43,043 nt of DNA, taken from the NCBI GenBank assembly GCA_007375995.1, contig VMFK01000001.1:1-43043 (forward strand). Reading direction: 5' to 3'. A program made the translations under genes and the position numbers. This DNA is from Parcubacteria group bacterium Gr01-1014_56. Its GTDB lineage: Bacteria > Patescibacteriota > Minisyncoccia > Phycocordibacterales > SBAW01. Of the stretch, positions 24,530 through 34,314 are shown in pieces. Within the stretch, counting starts at the first letter, position 1, and each line of letters starts with the position of its first letter. Under the pieces are notes generated by a model that was not told the DNA's origin, made no database searches, and saw only the letters and a list, made by a program, of their open reading frames with translations.

Positions 24530-25090
24530 TTAGAAGCTGACTTTTACCGGCTCGCGCTGAGCCGCTTCGTCAGCACCTAGCTCAAAGTACTCTCTCGGCT
24601 CAAAGCGGAAGAACCCTGCGATAACGTTGCCGGGGAAGCTCTGGAGGCCGGTGTTGAGGTCGCGCACATTGCCGTTGTAAAAACGGCGTGCAGACTGGAT
24701 CTTGTTTTCAGTGTCTGAAAGTTCGCGTTGGAGCTCGAGGAAGTTTTGGTTCGCCTTAAGGTCTGGGTACGCCTCGGCAACAGCAAATATGCTCTTGAGC
24801 GCTCCGGTCAGCATGTTTTCTGCCTTGCCGCGCTCCTCTACCCCGCCGGCGTTCATTGCGCGAGCGCGCGCATTGGTAACATTTTCAAACGCAGTTTTTT
24901 CGTGTGTTGCGTAGCCTTTGACAGTCTCGACAAGGTTAGGGATAAGGTCGTAGCGACGCTTAAGCTGGACATCTATGTCAGCCCACGCCTCCTTGCATCG
25001 CTGCACCAGCGTTACAAAGTGGTTGTATGCGCCGACCACCCACAGGATGAGCGCTACAGCTAAACCGAGTAAAATATAGATAGTAAGCAT
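24530..25090 (-). CDS. lemA: LemA family protein
   Basis: N-terminal TM helix, then YNHFVTLVQRCKEAWADIDVQLKRRYDLIPNLVETVKGYATHE, the typical LemA signature. Confidence 0.85.
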   Translation of the reverse strand: MLTIYILLGLAVALILWVVGAYNHFVTLVQRCKEAWADIDVQLKRRYDLIPNLVETVKGYATHEKTAFENVTNARARAMNAGGVEERGKAENMLTGALKSIFAVAEAYPDLKANQNFLELQRELSDTENKIQSARRFYNGNVRDLNTGLQSFPGNVIAGFFRFEPREYFELGADEAAQREPVKVSF

Positions 25091-25113
25091 TCTGTAATTA
25101 TACTAGCTTTTCT

Positions 25114-27133
<2,020 letters not shown>

Positions 27134-27169
27134 AAAACGTTTGCAGGTTAAATCTCTAAAGTCGCGCGC

Positions 27170-27198
27170 AGTATAGAGATGTTGAAGGTGTTTGTCAA
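27170..27198 (-). promoter_or_regulatory. groES-groEL promoter
   Basis: On the minus strand: TTGACA, a 17-nt spacer (aacaccttcaacatctc), then TATACT. Confidence 0.6.
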
Positions 27199-27246
27199 AC
27201 TTTTTGACATTGCAAGCGAGCTCCTCCTGTGCTAAGATTCTTATCA

Positions 27247-27477
27247 ATGGCAATAGCGGGGATGTTCCCCTACATACAAATAGTTTTGAGTGTCCTGCTT
27301 ATCGTTTGCGTGCTTTTGCAACAGACAGGAGCCTCTATGGGGGGTGCCTTTGGCGGCGACAATTTTAGCGCTGGCTATCACACACGACGCGGAGCGGAAA
27401 AGACCCTTTTCTACGCTACTATCGTGCTTGGAGTGCTCCTCGCCCTCTCTGCTCTCTTGGCACTTGTGCTACACTAA
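27247..27477 (+). CDS. secG: Preprotein translocase subunit SecG
   Basis: The N-terminal helix ends in LLQQTGASMGGAFGG and is followed by a second TM helix. The start could be 27247 or 27262. Confidence 0.7.
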   Translation: MAIAGMFPYIQIVLSVLLIVCVLLQQTGASMGGAFGGDNFSAGYHTRRGAEKTLFYATIVLGVLLALSALLALVLH

Positions 27478-27495
27478 AAGTAACGTTTTCTCATC

Positions 27496-29271
27496 ATGAA
27501 ATTTATGCGCCGACTCTGGCGTACTCTCACAGAGCCCGTGTACTTACCGCTCGCAGATAAGGCGGAGGACACTTATCGCGCACTCTCCAAGGGGGGCCGC
27601 GGTCTCTTTGTATTTCTCTCAAGCGTGCTTGTTGTGAGCGCGGTTGCTCTTATATATCTACTCAATGCTCAACTGATCGTTGCGATCCCCGGCTATGGCG
27701 GCGGCCTCGAAGAAGGCATCGTCGGCTCCCCTCGCCTTATTAACCCCGTGCTCGCAACTTCAGATGCTGACCGCGACCTCTCTATACTCGTGTACTCAGG
27801 GCTACTTCGCGCAACACCAGGGGGCGACTACAAGCCCGACCTAGCCGAGAGCTACAGTATCTCTCCTGACGGTCGTGAGTATACTTTTGTGATCCGCAAA
27901 AACGTTACCTTCCATGACAAAACGCCGGTTACTGCAGAGGACATACTCTTTACGGTTAGTAAGATTCAGGACCCGGCATTGAAGTCGCCTCTGCGCGCTA
28001 GCTGGAGCGGCGTGGTTGCGGAGGTGGAAGACCCTCAGACAGTGCGCTTCACTCTTAAATCTCCCTATGCGCCCTTCGTACAGAACTTAACGCTCGGCAT
28101 ACTCCCTAAACATTTGTGGCAAAACGTGAGTGTCGAGGAGTTTTCGTTTAGCGACCTCAACGCCTCGCCGATAGGCTCAGGGCCGTTTCGCGTTTTGAGC
28201 GTCTCGCGCACACCCTCCGGTATCCCTTCTTCTTACCAACTGCGCGCCTTTGATAACTATGCACTTGGCAAGGCATATTTCTCATACCTCACGCTCAAGT
28301 TTTATCAGAGCGAGGCAGCACTTAGAGATGCACTTGAGCGCGGCGATGTAGAAGCCGCAAGCGGGCTTTCTCCAACAAGTGTTTCAAGTATCCCAGAGGC
28401 AAATATTATGCGCGCGCCGCTTAACCGCGTGTTCGGCATCTTCTTTAACCAAAATCAGTCGGAGTTGCTGCGCGATATCGACGTGAGGCGTGCGCTTGAG
28501 GAGAGTATCGACCGCGCCACTTTGGTTGAGCAGGTACTCCAAGGCTACGGTACAGCACTTGAGGGCCCGATCCCCCCAGACATTTTGCCTAGAGAAACTC
28601 CGCTCAGGGCGGCGGCGCAAAATAATGCTACCTCAAGCGACAAGGCAACTCTTGCAAAGAACAAACTTATCGCAAAGGGGTGGAAGGAGAGCGCGGACGG
28701 CACACTGAGCAAAACAACCGGCAAGGGCAAAGCCGCAAAAACCACTACCCTCGCCTTCTCGCTTTCAACGGGCAACGTGCCAGAGCTCAGAGCCGCTGCG
28801 GAATATTTGAGACAAGAGTGGTCAAAAGTAGGAGCAGCTGTAGATGTAAAAATATTTGACCAGGGCGACCTTTCACAAAACGTCATACGGCCGCGCAAGT
28901 ACGATGCACTTCTCTTCGGCGAGGTGGTGGGTCGCGAGCTTGACCTCTTTGCCTTCTGGCACAGCTCCCAGCGCAACGACCCTGGGCTTAACATCGCGCT
29001 GTATGCAAACTCGACCGCCGACAAGATTCTTGAGCAGCTCAGAGAAATAGGAGAGGAACAAAAACGTCTTGAGCTTTATAACAAATTTGCAATAGAGGTT
29101 GAGAAGGACATTCCGGCCATATTTCTCTATGCGCCTGATTTCGTGTATAGTATCCCCAAAGACATCGTCGGTGTAGAGCTTGGCTTCATAGAGACGCCAA
29201 GTGACCGTTTCCTCTCGGCACCATTCTGGCACCGTGAGACAGATTACGTGTGGCCCATTTTCGGTAGATAA
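27496..29271 (+). CDS. Family 5 (peptide/nickel type) solute-binding protein, membrane anchored
   Basis: N-terminal TM helix. LVYSGLLRATPGGDYKPDLAESYSISPDGREYTFVIRKNVTFHD is the SBP_bac_5 signature region. No adjacent permease genes. Confidence 0.7.
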   Translation: MKFMRRLWRTLTEPVYLPLADKAEDTYRALSKGGRGLFVFLSSVLVVSAVALIYLLNAQLIVAIPGYGGGLEEGIVGSPRLINPVLATSDADRDLSILVYSGLLRATPGGDYKPDLAESYSISPDGREYTFVIRKNVTFHDKTPVTAEDILFTVSKIQDPALKSPLRASWSGVVAEVEDPQTVRFTLKSPYAPFVQNLTLGILPKHLWQNVSVEEFSFSDLNASPIGSGPFRVLSVSRTPSGIPSSYQLRAFDNYALGKAYFSYLTLKFYQSEAALRDALERGDVEAASGLSPTSVSSIPEANIMRAPLNRVFGIFFNQNQSELLRDIDVRRALEESIDRATLVEQVLQGYGTALEGPIPPDILPRETPLRAAAQNNATSSDKATLAKNKLIAKGWKESADGTLSKTTGKGKAAKTTTLAFSLSTGNVPELRAAAEYLRQEWSKVGAAVDVKIFDQGDLSQNVIRPRKYDALLFGEVVGRELDLFAFWHSSQRNDPGLNIALYANSTADKILEQLREIGEEQKRLELYNKFAIEVEKDIPAIFLYAPDFVYSIPKDIVGVELGFIETPSDRFLSAPFWHRETDYVWPIFGR

Positions 29272-29318
29272 AAAGATCGGTAGATAAATTAAAAAGAGGA
29301 AGATTAAAATTTTAGAAA

Positions 29319-31211
29319 ATGGACGAACAGAAAAAAAATCCCGTGCAGGGTGGGCCTCCGTCGGGAGGAGGAAAAGGTAGAGGCCAACGTCGCGGAGGCG
29401 GTCGGCCATTTGGCGGCCGCCCAGGTGGCAAGGGCGGGAGGCTTCGTCATGGAGGTCCGCGCCCACACCAGGCGCACCCACTTCGTGAGATTAAAGAGTC
29501 AAACGGCAACGGCGAGGAGCAGCAGATCCCGCCATTGGAGGCTGGCAATATCCGCATTATCCCGCTCGGCGGTGTAGAGGAGATCGGCCGCAACATGACC
29601 GCGATTGAGTTTGGCGACGACATTATTATCGTCGACTGCGGGTTCCAGTTTCGCGACGCAGACACACCGGGTATCGACTACATTTTGCCCAACACAAAAT
29701 ATCTCGAAGACCGTAAAGAAAAGATCCGTGGGCTGTTTATCACGCACGGGCACCTCGACCATATCGGCGGCATCCCCTACATAATCGACCGCATCGGCTA
29801 CCCGCCTGTGTACACTCGCCGTTTGACCTCGATCATGATCAAGAAGCGCCAGGAGGAGTTCCCCAACATGAAGCCGCTGGACATGCAGGAGGTTGAGAAG
29901 GAGGACACTATCCGCGCAGGAGATTTGCGCGTGCGGTTCTTCTCGGTGACACACACGATCCCCGACTCTATGGGCGTCATTATTGAAACACCCTATGGGC
30001 TCTTGGTGTTTACCGGCGACCTCAAGCTCGACCATGTCGACGGCGTACCGACCGAGGCGGAGGAAAAAGAGTTCGCCTATTTTAAAGACAAGAAGGTGCT
30101 CTTCTTGGCTGCGGACTCAACCAACGTCGAGAAGGCCGGCTTCTCGATCCCAGAGTCGACCGTTAAGAAAAACATGGACGAGATCATCGCCAATACCTCA
30201 GGACGCCTCATTATAGGAACCTTCTCCTCCCAACTCGAGCGACTCATGCGCATTGTGGAGCAGGCTGAGCGCGTTGGTCGCAAAGTCTTGGTTGAGGGCC
30301 GCAGTATGAAGGTCAACCTCGAGATCGTAAAACAGTTAGGGTTGCTCAAAGTAAATGAGAAGACATTTATCGGCCCAGAGAGTCTTGAGTCGACCCCTGA
30401 CAGCAAGGTGCTCATCCTCGCAACAGGCGCACAAGGCGACGAGTTTGCGGCGCTTATGCGCATCGCAGTCAAGACGCACAAATACGTCAAAATAAAAAAG
30501 GGCGACACGGTCGTGCTCTCCTCCTCTATTGTCCCCGGCAACGAGCGTGCGGTACAAAAGCTCAAGGACAATATCAGCCGCCAAGGTGCGCGCATTATCC
30601 ACCGCGACCAGATGGACGTGCACGCCTCCGGCCACGCCAACCGCGACGAAACATTTTGGATCCATCAAAAAATAAATCCGCGGTTCTTTATGCCACTCCA
30701 CGGTTACCACTACATGCTGCGCGTCCATGCAGACATCGCCAAGGCCTGCGGCCGCTCTGAAGATGAGATTATCGTGCCGGACAATGGCGTGGTTATCGAG
30801 ATAAGGGACGAGGGTCAAAAAATTGTGCGCCTCAAAGAGATGGCCCCAAATAGCTTGCGGCTAGTGGACGGTTTTGCTATCGGCGACCTCCAGGAGGTAG
30901 TGATCCGCGACAGAACCGTGCTCGCACAAGAGGGTATGTTCGTGATTATTGCCACTGTTAACCCTCGTACAGGAAAGTTGCGTAAATCTCCCGACATTAT
31001 TTCTCGCGGCTTCGTATACTTAAGAGAGTCGCAGGAGTTGCTCCAGCAAGCGCGCATCATTGTAAAAAAGACAATTGAGGACAGCGCTCACGGGCAGCAG
31101 CCAGTTAACTTCGACTTCGTTAAAAATAATGTGACCGACGCTGTCGCTCGCTTCCTCTTCGAAAAAACAAACAAAAGACCGATCGTTATCCCCGTCGTGC
31201 TGGGAGTTTGA
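29319..31211 (+). CDS. rnj: Ribonuclease J with an Arg/Gly-rich N-terminal extension
   Basis: Metallo-beta-lactamase/beta-CASP motifs: IIPLGGVEEIGRNM, FITHGHLDHIGG, ASGHANRDE. The first ~60 aa are GGGKGRGQRRGGGRPFGGRPGGKGG-type low complexity. Confidence 0.85.
   Translation: MDEQKKNPVQGGPPSGGGKGRGQRRGGGRPFGGRPGGKGGRLRHGGPRPHQAHPLREIKESNGNGEEQQIPPLEAGNIRIIPLGGVEEIGRNMTAIEFGDDIIIVDCGFQFRDADTPGIDYILPNTKYLEDRKEKIRGLFITHGHLDHIGGIPYIIDRIGYPPVYTRRLTSIMIKKRQEEFPNMKPLDMQEVEKEDTIRAGDLRVRFFSVTHTIPDSMGVIIETPYGLLVFTGDLKLDHVDGVPTEAEEKEFAYFKDKKVLFLAADSTNVEKAGFSIPESTVKKNMDEIIANTSGRLIIGTFSSQLERLMRIVEQAERVGRKVLVEGRSMKVNLEIVKQLGLLKVNEKTFIGPESLESTPDSKVLILATGAQGDEFAALMRIAVKTHKYVKIKKGDTVVLSSSIVPGNERAVQKLKDNISRQGARIIHRDQMDVHASGHANRDETFWIHQKINPRFFMPLHGYHYMLRVHADIAKACGRSEDEIIVPDNGVVIEIRDEGQKIVRLKEMAPNSLRLVDGFAIGDLQEVVIRDRTVLAQEGMFVIIATVNPRTGKLRKSPDIISRGFVYLRESQELLQQARIIVKKTIEDSAHGQQPVNFDFVKNNVTDAVARFLFEKTNKRPIVIPVVLGV
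31163..31211 (+). repeat. Direct repeat, copy 1 (last 15 codons plus stop of rnj)
   Basis: 33 nt are identical to 32031-32063. The next 16 nt differ from copy 2 only at synonymous positions. Confidence 0.85.
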
Positions 31212-31271
31212 CATATATAATTTGTTGTAGTACAATCGTCTTTGGAACAACAGCCAAAAGGAGACCGTTCC

Positions 31272-31442
31272 ATGAAGTACATTTTGATTTATGTAATCGT
31301 AGTGACGGGAGGTTTTGCGGGTGATACACCCGCAGTCACCACTGGGAGCGTTGAATTTGACTCCCAAGCAACATGTCAGAGCGCGGTGGAGTCTATGAAG
31401 AAGGATCTTAAATCCTTGTCCATTTCTTGCCACCAGAAATGA
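31272..31442 (+). CDS. Hypothetical small exported protein
   Basis: 56 aa. AAGGAG lies 8 nt before the ATG at 31272. Hydrophobic N-terminus MKYILIYVIVVTGGFAG, two Cys residues, and a terminator follows. Confidence 0.45.
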   Translation: MKYILIYVIVVTGGFAGDTPAVTTGSVEFDSQATCQSAVESMKKDLKSLSISCHQK

Positions 31443-31450
31443 TGAGGAAA

Positions 31451-31480
31451 GGGGCGGTTTATGTGCCGCCCTTTTATCTT
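31451..31480 (+). terminator. Rho-independent terminator
   Basis: GGGCGG-tttatgtg-CCGCCC followed by TTTTATCTTT. Confidence 0.65.
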
Positions 31481-31531
31481 TCTAATCCAAAATTGAAAAA
31501 CAATTACAAAGCTCCTCTTGTTGCATACTCT

Positions 31532-31559
31532 AAAACACTTCGATATATCGAAGTGTTTT
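31532..31559. repeat. 28-nt perfect palindrome at the 3' end of the HTH gene (terminator and/or operator)
   Basis: AAAACACTTCGATATATCGAAGTGTTTT. The 17-nt core ACTTCGATATATCGAAG recurs at 31968-31984. Confidence 0.8.
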
Positions 31560-31963
31560 TAATACATATCATCTAAGAATTTCCAACGAGGTGCGTGGCG
31601 TGAGCGAGGCCCAGTAAGTAAAAGAGTAAAAACCGCGAGGACAGCCTCGTTCACCTTATTCTTCTTTACTGCGAGTATCGTCTCTTTAAACTTACCTTTC
31701 TGCATCGCTGACCAGAGCCGTGCAACAGTAGAAGAACTCACCTTAAGTTCTTTGCTTATTTCTTCAAACGACACTCCTTCACCCAGCAAGCAAATAATAG
31801 CTAAACGCTTTGCAAGCATGAGACGCTCTGTTCCTGTCAATAACTCCCAACACAGCGCTGACCGCGATTTTGCCGTACCTTTCCGAGCAAAATTATCTAC
31901 GAGCGAAAGTATCAGCTTTTTCTCTAATTGTCCTTTTAAAAATTGTTTTGATAGATGTGGCAT
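31559..31963 (-). CDS. TrpR/YerC-YecD-like helix-turn-helix protein
   Basis: ELLTGTERLMLAKRLAIICLLGEGVSFEEISKELKVSSSTVARLW resembles Trp-repressor-like YerC/YecD proteins. The start is set at the ATG at 31963, just after the palindrome. Confidence 0.55.
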   Translation of the reverse strand: MPHLSKQFLKGQLEKKLILSLVDNFARKGTAKSRSALCWELLTGTERLMLAKRLAIICLLGEGVSFEEISKELKVSSSTVARLWSAMQKGKFKETILAVKKNKVNEAVLAVFTLLLTGPRSRHAPRWKFLDDMY

Positions 31964-31967
31964 AAAT

Positions 31968-31984
31968 ACTTCGATATATCGAAG
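31968..31984. promoter_or_regulatory. Palindromic operator candidate 4 nt upstream of the HTH gene start
   Basis: ACTTCGATATATCGAAG lies between a candidate minus-strand promoter (TTGCAC-18 nt-TATATC) and the ATG at 31963. Confidence 0.45.
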
Positions 31985-32030
31985 CGTTCTAGATATAACA
32001 TAAGAAAAGATAGTAGTGCAAATCTTGCCG

Positions 32031-32079
32031 AAAAACAAACAAAAGACCGATCGTTATCCCCGTGGTACTTGGGGTCTAG
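32031..32079 (+). repeat. Direct repeat, copy 2 (orphan copy of the rnj 3' end)
   Basis: Reads ACA AAC AAA AGA CCG ATC GTT ATC CCC GTG GTA CTT GGG GTC TAG = TNKRPIVIPVVLGV*, the same peptide as the rnj C-terminus. Confidence 0.85.
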
Positions 32080-32143
32080 GGGTTGACGGAAATACATACT
32101 CTGCGTTACAAAGTAAAGAGGACGCGAGTCAGGAGTTCTAGAA

Positions 32144-32335
32144 ATGAAAAAAACGAAGCATAAATGTCCGGGGTGTGATATTGATCAACCCGCGACAGAG
32201 GGTGTAGATGGGAGAGTGATTATGGATAGTCATCCCTTCCCTAACAAGACTTCGGAGTGCCCAGGAAGTGGAATCTCGGTTATCAAGAATCCAACTTTTA
32301 TGCAGGACATCTTCAATAGACTCAGTCTAAACTGA
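32144..32335 (+). CDS. Hypothetical small Cys-containing protein
   Basis: 63 aa. AGGAG lies 8 nt before the ATG. CPGC...ECPG could form a zinc-ribbon-like site. No family recognised. Confidence 0.35.
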   Translation: MKKTKHKCPGCDIDQPATEGVDGRVIMDSHPFPNKTSECPGSGISVIKNPTFMQDIFNRLSLN

Positions 32336-33220
32336 GTACTTGCCCCTTTTGGCTTTGACCAACTGTTCTTTCTTCAATTGATCAAGGACCTTTAAGACCT
32401 CTCCCCTGGTACGGGAGAGGCCTTTTGCTAGAGCGTGAGCGGTTTGTGGGGAGTCAAGTAGTTTTTTTAGTATCGCACCACGCAACTGCCTCGTTGAGCC
32501 TTCAAATTTTTTCTGCTTTGTGTAGTGTTTGCTTTTACTATTGATACGAACGCCGCTTTGTTTTAAAAATGCTCCATAATCCATAAGAGCCGCATAGAAA
32601 TCGCGTGGCTGCATCTTTGATTTCTTGAGTACCTTTTCAACTAGCGGCAAAATCTCCTTATCAGAAACTAATCTGGTATTCTGCAGAATATTAGAATATA
32701 AAAACACAGTGCGGATGTTTGTTTCAATAAAAATTTCTGGCCTGTTATACGCAAATGCAGCGACCGCTCGGGCAGTATAGGGTCCTACCCCAGGCAGACT
32801 CTCCAAAAACTCGGCGCTCAGTTCGGCAAAAACTTTTCGTGCAGGAGTGCGGTATATCTCTCCGGAGCGAAGAGTTTTTGCCGAACTGAGTTTTTTAGCT
32901 GCCTCGTGCAAGAATTTTGCCCGCCGGTTATAGCCCAGCCCACTCCATAGTTTTAAAACATCTGACAATCGTGCTCGTGCTAACGCCCTTGCAGTTGGAA
33001 ATCTTTTTATAAATTTTAAATAAAACGGGACTACACGTTTTGCCTGTGTTTGCTGCAGCATCACCTCGGAGACCAAAATTTTATACGGGTCATATGTCGT
33101 CCTCCACGGCAAGTCGCGTTTGTTCTTCGCATAAAACTTTTTAAGACTGCGTAATAGCTCAGGCACGGTAGCATCATAACAAAAACACTCCCGATTGGGA
33201 GTGTTTTTGTTTGAGAGCAC
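32327..33220 (-). CDS. HhH-GPD DNA glycosylase, MutY-like N-terminal domain with a winged-helix-like C-terminus
   Basis: LPWRTTYDPYKILVSEVMLQQTQAKRVVPFYLKFIKRFPT, WSGLGYNRRAKFLHEAA and LPGVGPYTARAV. No Cys cluster is visible after the HhH domain. Confidence 0.7.
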   Translation of the reverse strand: MLSNKNTPNRECFCYDATVPELLRSLKKFYAKNKRDLPWRTTYDPYKILVSEVMLQQTQAKRVVPFYLKFIKRFPTARALARARLSDVLKLWSGLGYNRRAKFLHEAAKKLSSAKTLRSGEIYRTPARKVFAELSAEFLESLPGVGPYTARAVAAFAYNRPEIFIETNIRTVFLYSNILQNTRLVSDKEILPLVEKVLKKSKMQPRDFYAALMDYGAFLKQSGVRINSKSKHYTKQKKFEGSTRQLRGAILKKLLDSPQTAHALAKGLSRTRGEVLKVLDQLKKEQLVKAKRGKYSV

Positions 33221-33229
33221 CTAAAGGTC

Positions 33230-33481
33230 TTATGCCTTCGGGCGAGCCTCGGAGACCGTGAGCGTACGACCGTCGAACTCCTTGCCGTTCCACATTTCTA
33301 TGGCGGCAGAAGCTCCGGAATCATCTACCATCTCAACGAAGCCGAAGCCCCTTGAGCGGCCAGTTTCCCGGTCGGTCACGATGGACGCGGACGCCACCTC
33401 ACCCGCCTTTGAAAATGTGTCTTTCAACTCATCTCCAGTGGTGCGGTACGGAAGTCCACCCACGAACAGTTTACGTGCCAT
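33230..33481 (-). CDS. RRM-type RNA-binding protein
   Basis: RNP-2 KLFVGGL and RNP-1 RGFGFVEM motifs. 83 aa. Confidence 0.85.
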   Translation of the reverse strand: MARKLFVGGLPYRTTGDELKDTFSKAGEVASASIVTDRETGRSRGFGFVEMVDDSGASAAIEMWNGKEFDGRTLTVSEARPKA

Positions 33482-33612
33482 ATTGCGCGAATCACTTAGT
33501 GTGATGTAACTAATCTTCGCTGCAAGCGCGACCCTCCTTGAGGCTTCCCCAACCTAATAAAATAGATAAAAAGGGTTGCCGGAGAACTTGACTAGCGAAC
33601 GCCCCCACCTTA

Positions 33613-34314
33613 TCATGGCGTTATAAGGCGTGCAACCACGACGAGGCGCTTGTCATATGAGTGCGCATTTCCGTCCCAATCGCCCTCGCAGGTAATAAGC
33701 ACAACACGAGAGGGCCCTGAGGTTGCAAAGATCTTTTCAAGCGGAGCAGCGTTTGTGGGGTAGCTAGTGATATCCTCGACACTATATTTAAGAACCTTTT
33801 TTTGCGCGTCTATTACCTCAACCGTGTCGCCCAGTTTGATCTGGTCTAGGTGCTCAAACACCCCCGCTGAGGTGAGCGCGTTGTTAACATGTCCAGCAAA
33901 AACCGCATTCCCCGGCTCTCCCGGTTTGGAACCAAGTTTGTACCAAGCGAGGGTTAAAAAGGTGCTGGGCGACGCCATCGAGCCGTCTGACTTTTTGCCC
34001 ACGCTCTCAACCGCAGCATTGATCCCAAGTGCTGGTACGACAAGCTTTATTGGTACAAGTGGTTCGCTCAGTTGAGTTGCGGCAATACCCGAGAGCGACG
34101 GGTCGATAAGTATGGCAGCGGGCGCAAAAGCGAGCAAAGAGGCTTGGTCACCAAAAACATTTTTTGAGAGGCGCGTGGCGACGTCAGCTCCCCCAACAAT
34201 GATTGCTACAAGGCCTAAACCTACTGCACTTTTGCGCAGCCAATGTGAGCGCTCTTTTCTGTTCACGAGCACCCCTGCGCTAGCGGATGACAGCAGCAAA
34301 TGATTTTCTGACAT
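33613..34314 (-). CDS. Sortase-family transpeptidase
   Basis: TM anchor, FAGHVNN (His), VLITCEG (catalytic Cys) and RLVVVARL (Arg). The start is uncertain, and the gene overlaps the 3' end of its upstream neighbour. Confidence 0.7.
   Translation of the reverse strand: MSENHLLLSSASAGVLVNRKERSHWLRKSAVGLGLVAIIVGGADVATRLSKNVFGDQASLLAFAPAAILIDPSLSGIAATQLSEPLVPIKLVVPALGINAAVESVGKKSDGSMASPSTFLTLAWYKLGSKPGEPGNAVFAGHVNNALTSAGVFEHLDQIKLGDTVEVIDAQKKVLKYSVEDITSYPTNAAPLEKIFATSGPSRVVLITCEGDWDGNAHSYDKRLVVVARLITP

Noticed and set aside
27200-27240. CIRCE (HrcA) operator upstream of groES
   Set aside because: Only one half-site-like TTAGCAC is present. The expected GAGTGCTAA partner 9 nt away is absent, and the site lies upstream of the predicted -35 box.
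27134-27253. Long GroES ORF starting at a TTG at 27253
   Set aside because: That start would lie upstream of the strong TTGACA-17-TATACT promoter (27170-27198), would overlap the secG start region on the other strand, and adds non-conserved sequence.
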